A stretch of 64,000 nt of DNA from the human T2T-CHM13v2.0 reference genome, Homo sapiens. This document shows positions 40,601-64,000 of this stretch, in pieces (the stretch's first letter is position 1; the number at the start of each line of letters is the position of its first letter). The stretch is taken from the NCBI RefSeq assembly GCF_009914755.1, contig NC_060932.1; one strand, given 5' to 3'. A program made the position numbers and the translations under genes. Below the pieces are notes generated by a model that was given only the letters and a program-made list of their open reading frames with translations, searched no databases and was not told the origin of the DNA.

Positions 40601-41255
40601 TGTGTTCGCCAAAAGACCTTTAAGAAAAAGTGGGGATGTCTTTTGTTTAAATATTATTCTACTCTGGAGTCATCTGGAGAAATCAGGGTCAGGTGGGGAG
40701 AGCATTGATTGGAGGAGGGTGATTCTGAATAATTTTATTAATCAGACTGAGACTGGCAATGCTCAGGTGTGACAAATACCAGATTTTACGTAAATATTTA
40801 CATCAGAACTTAATCTTTTCTACCCTCGTTTGCCTGGTGGCCTCATTAAGGGTCAACAGCTTTCTTTTCCCAGACTTGATGTCTCATTCCAAGGACTTTA
40901 AGAGACAAGGAGGGTGAGGGGAGGGATTTCTGACACTGTTTCATTCTTTGTTGCTTTGTGAAGAAAAGAACATTTGTTTTATACGTATGTTACATTCTCC
41001 TTTCATTACTATTCTTCCTTTTTTCCAAGCCTTCTGAGATAACTTATGACTTTAATTCATCTTCTCTTTTTCTAAATGATTTACATCTGAAATAAATTTT
41101 GGTGACGTATTATACCACTCTCACTCTATTCTAAATTTGAAGGATATTCTCATTTCCTTCAATGGACCCACTAGCTATTTTAAGAACTTTACTTATGTTT
41201 CAAGTCCAGCTGCTGATGAATCATGAATATTTTGTTCAGATGTTGGTAATATTCC

Positions 41256-41585
<330 letters not shown>

Positions 41586-42513
41586 TAGTAGATGATTAAT
41601 TTTACATTACATCAATAGGCATTTATGAGGGACATTCATGGCTTTTGTACAACACTGAAATTGTCATTAAACCAGCAAATCTAACATTCAACCATGTCAT
41701 TTCTTCCTTTACATGACTTGTATAAGTAAGATGTCAGCTTAAATTTGAGCATATTTTACTCTTTAGTGGTGCAAAACAAGTCTGACGCATTCAGAACTTC
41801 GTTGAACTGCCTGGGAAAAAGTCTCGTGTGTGCAGTCTTTGACCCCACTGGGCTACATAAGACTGGACCTGGAGCCCGGAATACTTCCGTTCCAAGTGAC
41901 ACTTTCCCTGTTTCAGACTCATTGTTCCTTTATTTAGCTTCAGAGTGCGCATCAACTACTCCCAGGTGTACCCCCAGTGTTCAGTATTTCACACTATACT
42001 GACAGAAGTCAGGGTCCTTCTGGAGCTGCTGCAGGAGAGGGGTATGAGCAGCCAAATTGCCCTCTGTCCTGGAATGGTGTTAGGGTTGGCTGCTAGCCAT
42101 GGGGGACTGACGGACACCACTGAAACTAATATTCCACTTCCACTGTCTCCTCTCTCTGCAGGTAGGTAAAGCCTTGTTCCATCCAGTGCTTGTCTGCATT
42201 ATGTTCACTTGGGTGAATGCTATACCAAGATGCAATGGATAGATGCATTTAGAGTCGTCCTCTGGGATTGGTAATTACTACACCTTGTGCTGCTCCCTTG
42301 GGATTGAGAACCATGCACATCTCTACAGTGCAAGAGAAATGTCTCAAAGCTCATGACTCTTGTATTTTCCAGTACTGGTAACAATGTTTTTATCATTCAT
42401 TACTTTGAATATTTTATTGTAACTTTCAAAGGAGGAGTGGTCATTTAAATGCTTGGACTTAATGGGATTAAAATCATGGAGTATATCCATGACTTATGAA
42501 AAAGCAGTCCTGT

Positions 42514-42615
42514 GGCGGGGCATGGTGGCTCACACCTGTAATTTCAGCACTTTGAGAGTTGGAGATGGGAGGATCTCTTCAGCCCAGAAGTTTGAGACCA
42601 GGCTGGGCAACATGG
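42514..42615 (+). mobile_element. Alu left-arm fragment
   Basis: Alu 5' match ending abruptly at aacatgg. Confidence 0.8.
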
Positions 42616-43350
42616 CCTAAATCCTAGGAATCTTCAAAGTGATGTCTTTTTTTGGATGCATGCTAATGAGCTGACTGGTGGCTGGAGGCCCCTAGGTAGC
42701 TCCAGGTTGGGGCTGCTCATAGGAAAGAAGAAGGCAACATTAGAGGGGTGAGATTTTCAGCTCCAAACCCAATTTCCATGGAGGGGAGAGAAGCTGAAGC
42801 TTGAGTTGATCACCAATAGCCTGTAGTTTAATCCATCATGCCTATGTAATGAAGCCTTCATAAAAACCCCAAAAGGACTGGATTTAGAGACCTTCTGGTT
42901 AGAACTTCCTGGAAGGTAGTGCTTGGCTCCCTCCATACCTGGCCCTATGCATCTCTTTATCTGTACTTTTTGCAATATCCTTCATAATAAACTGATAAAT
43001 ATAAGTGTTTTTCTGAGTGCTGTGAGCTGCTCTAGGCAGATTAATTGAATTCAAAGAGGGGGTGGTGGAAACCTGATTTATAGCCAGTCTGTCAGAAGCA
43101 CAGATAAAACAAACTGGGGCTTGCCATTGTCATTAGAATTGGAGGCCAGTCCTGTGGGCCTGTGGGATCTGATGCTATGTCCAGGTAGATAGCGTTCCAG
43201 TTGAATTGGAGGACACCCAGATGGTGTCCACAGCAGAATTGATTGTATGCTTGTTTGATGGAGAGAAATCCCCACATGTGTGGTCATAGAGTCTTCTGTG
43301 TTGATTACTGTGTTGTGAGAGCAGAGGAAAAAGTTTTTGTTTTTTTTCCA
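42616..43350 (+). mobile_element. MER21-family LTR (5'-truncated)
   Basis: tgctaatgagctgactggtggctgg...atcatgcctatgtaatgaagccttcataaaaacccc...aataaact...gaattggaggacacccag match recalled MER21. Confidence 0.8.
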
Positions 43351-43413
43351 CCCAGCCTATAATGTAAAAGGGTCTATTTTCTCACATATTGAGGATCACT
43401 GGACTTATAATAA

Positions 43414-44366
<953 letters not shown>

Positions 44367-45271
44367 GTTCACCCATTTTTCAGTCGTTCATTTGTCCCCC
44401 TTCATTGTTTTGTGACCATCCCTTCTTAAGGAAATTAGCTACTATCTGTCATATGTATTGAGGATAATTTCCCCCAGTCATTTGCCATATGTCTTAATTT
44501 TAATATGCTATCAAATTCATAGTCTTCACTTTATGGCACCTGGGTTGAGAACCATTATTTGAACCAAAAATTGGTCTGTCACTTTTTTGGTTTGAGCCTT
44601 TATTTTGCCAATAGTGTTTTATAATGTCTGCATATTTCTAGGACTTTCTCATTTTGCTAATGTAAATTTTATATATATATATATATATTTAAGATAATAT
44701 TTGCTTATTTTTAAGGAAAATGTTAAAATGCAAGCCCCTATTCCTACAGCAACCTCCTCTCCCTTGTTAATTCCATTTCTCTCCCAAAATAACCACCTTT
44801 AACAATTTTGCCTTTGTTATTTCATATTGGTTTCTATATATTTACATACATATTTATGTAAGGTTAGAAAAAGAGTTTGGGAGTTCGTGTGTTTGTTTTT
44901 ACTTAAGTGGTACCATATTGACTATATATCCTGCACATATTTTTGTTGTTTTTTACATTGTCTTGGAGATCTTTCCATGTTTATACATATAAATTACCTT
45001 TTTCTTTTTCATTGCTCACAGCATTCCATGCTATGGGTGTATCAGGTTAATAAACTGCTATTGGTGAACATCTACTTTTTTCTCTTAATAATTCTGCAGT
45101 GAACAGCTTTTGTACGTACTCTTATAAATGCGTATTTCTGTAGGATCATTCCCTAGAAATGGCAAACTCAAAAATTTAAGAGAAAGCTGCCAGATTTTCT
45201 TTTCAAAGGCTGAACCAATTTATGTTCTAACCAAGAGTAGACAACATAATCCATTTCCTCAAGCATACAGA

Positions 45272-46048
<777 letters not shown>

Positions 46049-46607
46049 TAGAAAGTAATATTTATTAATAAGGCGAGTTATATTGCTAAATGTGGTAATG
46101 ATAAATTTTCCATGTGTTACTGTTGTACTATAATAATTTTAATATATTGATGGCTTTTGTATGCTACTTTTTACAAATATTTGCAGTTTTATTCATAGGG
46201 ACATTTACTTATTGATTTTTTTGCATTTTTGAGCTTTTCTTAATTGTTCTGTTACAGTATAATTTGATTATCAGGGTTATACTAGGATTTGTGGTAGTAA
46301 GATAATGAATTTAGAAGCTTCCCAACATGTTCTGCTCTGTGGAACAGTTTATAATAATAATAGGCTCATTAAAGCTTTGGTATAATTCTCCCTTAGAGCA
46401 TTCAGAACATATCACCTATTTGGGGATTAACCTTAAACTTCTGAGGTTATTGTTTTCTTTAGTATTTATACTACTTGTCAAATATATTTTGTTCTTTCTA
46501 TATTTCTTGAAAATTATATTTTCCATTTCATTCACTTCTGTTTTTTTTCTGTAGTATCTGCTCTCTGCTTGCTCTGGCTTTTTTTGCTGTTTTTATCTGA
46601 GTCATAG

Positions 46608-46822
46608 ACAGTTCAGTGTTAACAGCATGGGCTGTGGAAGCTTCCTCTCAGTTTGTTGTACCAGTGTGTTTAGTAGACACTGAGCCTCAGTGCCCTCATC
46701 AGTAAAATGACAATATAATCATGCCTGTATTGTAGTGTGGCATGAGAATTAAATGAAGTAATACACATGAAACACTGAGAACATACGAACCCTCAATGCA
46801 TGTTAGCTACCATTGTTATTAC
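46608..46822 (+). mobile_element. MIR
   Basis: ctgagcctcagtgccctcatcagtaaaatgacaatataat...gagaattaaatgaag...tgttagctaccatt is the MIR core and tail. Confidence 0.75.
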
Positions 46823-46965
46823 CACTTTCTTGTAGTGGAAGATGAGTTAATTTATTTTCACTCTTGTTTTTCATGAAATCAATGTTACAAGTTTTCCTTT
46901 GAGTATGACTTTAAACTATTTCCTACTGTCTTGAATATGTACTGCCTTTGTTTATTTTCAAGTAG

Positions 46966-56036
<9,071 letters not shown>

Positions 56037-57258
56037 TTGGTTTTTCCAGGACAGACGTTCCTGGTTGGCAATATGCAAAGAAAGGAGTGGAATATTGCTA
56101 AAACTGGAGCTGACTGAATTCTGAAATACCAGCTCATCAAGTAAGTTGTCAATTCCCATCCAGCTGAATTGGGAAGTAGTGGAGACACCTAAAACTTAAG
56201 CTAAATAAAGAACACCTGAATAACATAGTGCTTTCTATTCTGTTGTTACAGTTAACAGCCTTGATGATTCAGAGAAAAACAGTACTAATCTGGGTGAGTA
56301 ATGGTGTCACTTGGCAGTGCTCTGGATAAAGTAGTACCTGCAAAAAGCCCATCTGTTTCTTCTGACCTGGTAGTGAAGGCAATAGCTGGAGGTGACCAGA
56401 CTGACTTGAAAATAAGCAGGCTCAGCAAGGCAGCCATTTGAGGAAATTCACTGGGGCTGATGCAAGACTCAGAGAGAAAGAAGCTTGACATAGCCCATTT
56501 TCATGTATTACTTTCCAGAACAGCTTCTTTGCTATTTATAGGCACATGTGTTATCTTGGCCTTCTGGGAGCAAAAATTCCTGTGTTTGACCAGAGCTGTT
56601 TTTGCCAGTAGGCAGTTCCTAAGAGAAACAGGGCATTTGTTTGTTTTACTTTTGGTTTTGCTAAATAAAAGCTGAAATTTTGCAAATACCAGACTTGTTT
56701 AGTATCAGGCACTTTATAAACGTAAAAATGTGCATACATGTTTTATTGCAATTGCCTTTCATGTGACACAACAGAAATCAGAGCCGACCATAGCATTCAG
56801 CGCTGTGTACATGGAGGGAGTCCAGCTTGGGTGAGAGGAGTGTGTGCATAAAAACACAGGTTTCTAGAGAGACTCATCAGAAACCAAATGCATGTCCTCA
56901 GAGCATGAAGGTGCTTTTCCTTTTGATTCTCCTGAAGATTCATTTTTTATATCATGCTGTGAACACATAAGTGAAACCTAGGTAGTTCTGAAGCCCTTTG
57001 TCTTCCTCTGTTGCTCTTAAAAAAGTAGGTTACCTTGAGTACGACTCCCTTCCCTTGTAGTTCTGAGTCTGTTGGCGGAAGACATGCGGCGAGGTGGAGC
57101 CAGCCTGGCTGTGGGAGGCAGGGATGAGGGTTCAGAAACCTGCGAGGGGAGCACGCCCACACTTCCTTTTATGAAATGCTATGTGCCATTTCAATATGTG
57201 GCAACCATGTTCAGAGAAACTATGGATAGAGTTTCCTCAAATGATCCTGGCAGTTTTA

Positions 57259-57570
57259 TTTTTATTGATTGACTGATTGATTGATTGACTGAGATGGAAG
57301 CTTGCTCTGCCGCCCAGGCTGGAGTGCAGTGGCACCATTTGGCTCACTGCAACCTCCACCTTCTGGTTTCAAGTGATTCTCCTGCCTCAGTCTCCCGAGT
57401 AGCTGGGATTACAGGCACGTACCACCACACCTGGCTAATTTTTATATTTTTAGTAGAGACGGGGTTTCACTGTGTTGTCCAGGCTGGTCTAGAACTCCTG
57501 ACCTCAAGTGATCTGCCTGCCTCAGCCTCCCAAAGTTCTGGGATTACAGGCATGAGCCACGGTGCCTGGC
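57259..57570 (-). mobile_element. AluS with (ATTG)n tail
   Basis: Alu consensus; TSD cctggcagtttta on both sides. Confidence 0.9.
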
Positions 57571-58078
57571 CCCTGGCAGTTTTAAAAAAAGGAAACCCAT
57601 TGTAAACAGAGACTGATCTTAGATAAGCAAACAGAGAATGTACCAGAGTTACCAGGGACATAAAACTGTTGGTTAACATCAGAATATTGGTTGAGAAAAC
57701 CAAATGCCAGGAGGGCTGTTGTTTGCTTTCTGATTGAATTTCTAGTATTTCCAGTATTGAATTAGAACCCATATTTTCTCTAGGGCCCTAAATTATTATT
57801 TTATCACTTTTGCCACCTTATTTGGTTATGTCTCAACAGGGATTTGACTATAGTCTTTATATCTACAGGGTTTATCTTGTTTTAATATATCGAAGATCAT
57901 TTAATGAACTATGATAAAATTATAAGAAAATTTGAAATATTGAATTGCTTAGATATCTTGCTATATTCATTTGATAAATTGAATAGAGATATTAGGATTA
58001 ATATGAAGTTTATAAATATGGCATCTATAAAAATTAAAGTTCTAGGAAGACAGATATCAGAATCATCTTTTTGAGTCA

Positions 58079-58701
<623 letters not shown>

Positions 58702-58894
58702 GCTTTGTGTCACTATGGATCAACTCACTGAAGGCCGTTGATAGGGATCATCTAGCTGACTGCAGAGACATTATTTTAGTGTGGTTTAATCCAGCTTAAT
58801 AATAAGCTCTCCTCCAGACACAACCCATTTTCCGAGTCAGAAAACTGATGTTCTCATCCTTGCTGTCATATTCAAGCCAAGCAGTTCTGTGTGT

Positions 58895-59183
58895 GTTTTT
58901 ATTTTTGTGACAAAGTCTTGCTCTGTCGCCCAGGCTGGAATGCAGTGATGCGATCTCAGCTTACTGGAACCTCTGTCGCCTGGGTTCAAGTGATTCTCCT
59001 GTCTCCCCAGTAGCTGGGACTACAGGCGTGCACCACCATGCCCAGCTAATTTTTTGTATTTTTAGTAGAGATGGGGTTTCACCATGTTAGCCAGGCTGGT
59101 CTCAAACTCCTGACCTCAGGTGATCTGCCCTCCTCAGCCTCCTAAAGTGCTGGGATTACAGGCATGAGCCACCATGCCCAGCC
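58895..59183 (-). mobile_element. AluS
   Basis: Alu consensus match. Confidence 0.9.
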
Positions 59184-59572
59184 TCTGTTCTGGTTGTTTT
59201 AAAATTCACACAGGGCATATTTTATTTTATGATTTTTATTTACTTAATGCAAGTTGCATCACAGCCTGTGGCTGCAAATGGGGTCCTTGTTGTTGTTAAG
59301 TGTATTCGCCAGTTTAACAGCTTTCTTCTTGTTCTCTCTTGGAATCCTGATTCTCTAATCCAGAGGCCCAGACCCTGGATGCACCTTCAGGTCTGTGAGC
59401 CGCTGCCTGGGTCCCTTGATGGAAACTCAGAGATCAGAATCAACTGCTTTGTTTTTGGGAACCTAACACTAGACTGTGCCTAGCCTTCTGGTCCGGACCA
59501 ACAGTGAGTTGTGTGGAGAGGTGTCCACACACACTGTCCTGGGCTGGTCTTTCTGTCTCTAGCCTGGCCCCC

Positions 59573-59950
59573 TGTTGCAAGTAGGTCTCCAGGACGCAGG
59601 CTGTGAGGTGGAGCTTTTCATGCAGGGAGGTTGTTGAGAATTCCTCCTGGGAGCAACACTCCTGGGAGTAAAAAGATCAGGATTGGGCAGAGGGAGAATG
59701 TGAGCTGTGATGCAGTCACAACAGAGTGACGGCCCTTCAGAACCGTCAGAATTTAGGGAGCTGGGCCTTTATGTCCATCAGACAGTCCTGGTCCTGGCTG
59801 CCCCTAGGAACAGGGTGTGAGGCAGGAAGGGCTGACCCATCCTGAGAGGATATCTGTTCCAGGCAGGGTGAAGCCACCCTTCCCAGGGAAAGGGCTCCAG
59901 CAGACCTTCTGTGCCCCAGGGATCTGGTTGACCATCTCTGGCGTGGTGGT
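59573..59950 (-). mobile_element. LTR33-like ERVL LTR fossil
   Basis: caggattgggcagagggagaatgtgagctgtgatgcagtcacaacagag...ggcccttcaga...gggcctttatg resembles the reverse complement of recalled LTR33. Confidence 0.6.
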
Positions 59951-61274
59951 GTACAGGGCCCTGTGTCGGTTGCTGTCACAAGTGGGTGGCACACTGAACA
60001 GCGGTGGTTGGAAGAATGGCCCTGTGGCCCTTTGGCCTCCACCTTTCCTTCTACCGTTGACACTCTCTGCATGTGCCTGCCGTGCCGGCCCCAAGGTGGC
60101 TGATGACAGACGCGCTGATGTCGACTGCTGAGCCACTCTGCTTGCCTGGGTGTTGGATGTCTCTTCTGTGGTGGGCATGGTGCTCTGTGCCACTCCCACA
60201 GGGCCGCCGCGGCCCCTTCCTTTGTCCTCCATGTCTCTGGCTTCCCGTTGTTTTCCTTCAGGCCCCTCCCTGCCAGCCGAGCCTGCTGCCTCTTCCACAA
60301 GTCCCTGTGTGTTCCAACCTCAGGCCACAGGGATGGTGGGTGTGGGCCAGGGGCTGCCGCCTCGCGGGGCTGCCCTCGGTGGGGCTGTGGTGCATGCCAG
60401 GGACCAGCACTGGAGCTATGTGGGCCTTGCTCTTCCTGGATGAGCTGGTCCAGACTTGCTGCCTCCCAGTGTGGCCACAGGTGTGCGCCGGGGGAGGACA
60501 CTGAGGTGATGATGGGGGTGGCGTGATGTTCAGAGCGCTGGCTTGTGGGCTCGCTGCCCGTTCTGGTCTGGATTGTGCCTGACCCCGGGCACCCCTTCCC
60601 TTCCCAGTGGCTTGCTCCCTGCAAGGTGAGGTGATGGGCTCACTGGACCTGTGGCTTAGTAGGTCCGACAGAGCCTGCCATCGTGGCAGCCCTGGCTGCT
60701 CGGCCACCTGGTTGGCTATGATCATGCACACTCTCTCTCCCAGGGCCAGTAGTGCACCAAGAGCCATTCTCGAAAGGTGTAATTGTCTGCTCCAGCCAAC
60801 AGGGCATTGCTTAAGGCCTGGCGGTCCTGGAGGGACCTGCCTTAAGACACTGCTCCACCTGCTGTCTTTCCTCACTGCAGATACCTCTAATATCATAGGC
60901 TTTCCTGAGTTGTGTGGCCCAAGTGGCAGGGCCTCTGTACCCCAGAAGAGGGTTGAGATGTGAGATGGTCACAGTAGAAGCTGCAGCCAGTCCCTGAGGT
61001 GCTCTGAAGCTGGGGAGGCCCTTTAGAGTGCTGCGGATCCAGGGAGGGCACTGGGCCCTCAGACGCGTGCATGGACCAGCGTTGCATGTGCACTGCCCCC
61101 AGAAAAGACTTAACCTCAGGCGGGGGGATCTCATGTGAAAGCTGTCAGCTGCCAACTTCTCTCCCTTCCCTTTCCAATTTTTGATTATTATATTTAGTTG
61201 CCAGTATTTATAATATTTGTATTATTCTGTAATCATATTTGTTTTAATGTTAGTACTATTCTTGCCAGCCCCAC

Positions 61275-62494
<1,220 letters not shown>

Positions 62495-63039
62495 TATACA
62501 GGCTTTTTGGAATATGCCTCAGTGCTGAATGCTTTGTGTCAATTTTTTCTCGGACATGGTAGATTTATGTCTTCTCCTAGTTCTGGGACACTTTCTTGAG
62601 TTATATTTTTAAATATTTAGTTTGTCTCATTATTTTTGTTTTCATCTTATACATAAATTGGGCCGCCATTGCCATTCATCCATAGCAGTTAGTTTCTCTC
62701 TGATTTTTTTTTTTAATTATTTGCTTCCATTTCCTTTTTCCTGCTTTTCTAATTCTCTCTTCTCCAGCTCTTCCTGGGTTTTTGGCAATGCTTAGTCTCC
62801 CTTGTGTTACTTCCAGTTTTTCTTTCATTTTTGTGATTTTCTTTCCTTCCACTTCTTTTCCAAGGTCTGCTAGTCATTAAAAAAATACTCTATTTCCTTA
62901 TGAAATATTTTTTGTGTCCTCGTCTTTCCTCTTTGTAGTGGTTTGAATCTCCTGCATCATATTGGCAGTTGCTTCAACATCATGAAAAAGTCCATGATGA
63001 AATACTTGTTCATAATTTTCACTTGTTTTGCTATAGGGT

Positions 63040-63560
63040 ACTTGCACAGATAAGGATAGACATTTCTTTAACAGGGACCAAATATATTCTCTTACCCGAA
63101 GCAACCAAAAATCCACACAGAAGATATAAAACCATGGATATCAAGCAATGAAGATGGGAAACAAGGGAGATGAGTCCCGCAGCCGCCCCAGCTTGCCGCG
63201 TGCAGGGAGTTTCCAGGTTGTGGCATGGGAGGGAGAACCCAGGAAAAGCCCACAGCCTCCCTGACTTGGGAGGCATAGCTGGGAATCTGGGAGGCCAGGA
63301 TGGCTGGATTTTGCAGGGCAGAGTGCTGGCGAGGAGAGAGCTGCACAGTAAGAAAGAACTCTGGAGGTCTCCAGAGGTCCCCATTGAGTATCCAGCTCAG
63401 TACAGATTAGTACGAGTGTGAAAAAAGCACCTGAGGCTGGGGAAAGAGACACCTGGGATGATCCGAAGCCCACTCCTCAGAGCTCACCTGGGACCTGAGA
63501 CAGAGCCTGCTCCCCCAGCAGTCAGGCAGAACACCCAGAAGGGTTTTGCCTCAGTCGTGA
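63040..63560 (+). mobile_element. Old L1M 5'UTR-like fragment
   Basis: gggagtttccaggttgtggcatgggagggagaacccagg...gcagggcagagtgctggcgaggagagagctgcacag resembles recalled ancient L1M 5' consensus. Confidence 0.55.
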
Positions 63561-63739
63561 AGATAATTTTTCCCTTGAAAAGTCCAACTTTTAATATTCA
63601 AAGACAGCTGGATAAATGGGGAAAAGCCAGTTTGTTATGAGGATACATTGACCAGAGACTAAATGCTGACCTGGTCCTGCTTTGCAAAGTTTAAAGGCAA
63701 GATCTAAAAGGATCAAACTGTTTTAAAGAAATGTACTAT

Positions 63740-64000
63740 GGCTGGGCACGGTGGCTCACGCCTGTAATCCCAGCCCTTTGGGAGGCTGAGGTGGGCGGAT
63801 CACGAGGTCAGGAGTTCAAGACCAGCCTGGCCAACACAGTGAAACCACGTTGCTACTAAAAATACAAAAATTAGCTGGGCGTGGTGGTGGGCGCCTGTAA
63901 TCCCAGCTATTCGGGCGGCTGAGGCAGGAGAATCACTTGAACCCAGGAGGCAGAGGTTGCAGTGAGCCAAAATTGCGCCACTTCACTCCAGCCTGGGCGA
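63740..64000 (+). mobile_element. AluS (runs off window end)
   Basis: Alu consensus match. Confidence 0.9.

Noticed and set aside
59746-60624. 292-aa minus-strand ORF and overlapping 212/164/143-aa ORFs
   Set aside because: No recognisable domain; multiple overlapping open frames are expected in GC-rich DNA; part lies in an LTR fossil.

Overview
Primate (most likely human) genomic DNA, very dense in Alu and L1 elements. The only supportable protein-coding content is the last two exons of UBE2V2 (MMS2, the ubiquitin E2 variant that partners UBE2N/UBC13; chr8q11 in human, from recall) on the + strand. These are a 126-bp internal exon (4641-4766) and the terminal exon (coding 15469-15615), followed by an AU-rich 3'UTR of up to about 3.9 kb with several poly(A) signals. 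The remaining ~44 kb is intergenic: about 60 Alus or Alu fragments window-wide, old L1 fragments, a near-full-length decayed L1MA-type element (47221-56036, minus), solo LTRs (MER50-, MER21-, MLT2-, LTR33-like; a MER31-like LTR lies upstream in the intron), MIR/L2/DNA-transposon fossils, microsatellites and three minisatellites. Nearly all ORFs in the supplied track are Alu/L1 artefacts. I see no convincing new multi-gene system. The best leads are (i) a cryptic in-frame upstream acceptor that would add a 21-aa hydrophobic segment to UBE2V2, (ii) a ~2-kb block at 38.3-40.4 kb with minus-strand splice sites and a degenerate ~140-bp tandem array, and (iii) several unusual retrotransposition scars. 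Repeat family names come from recalled consensus sequences, and most repeat coordinates are approximate.
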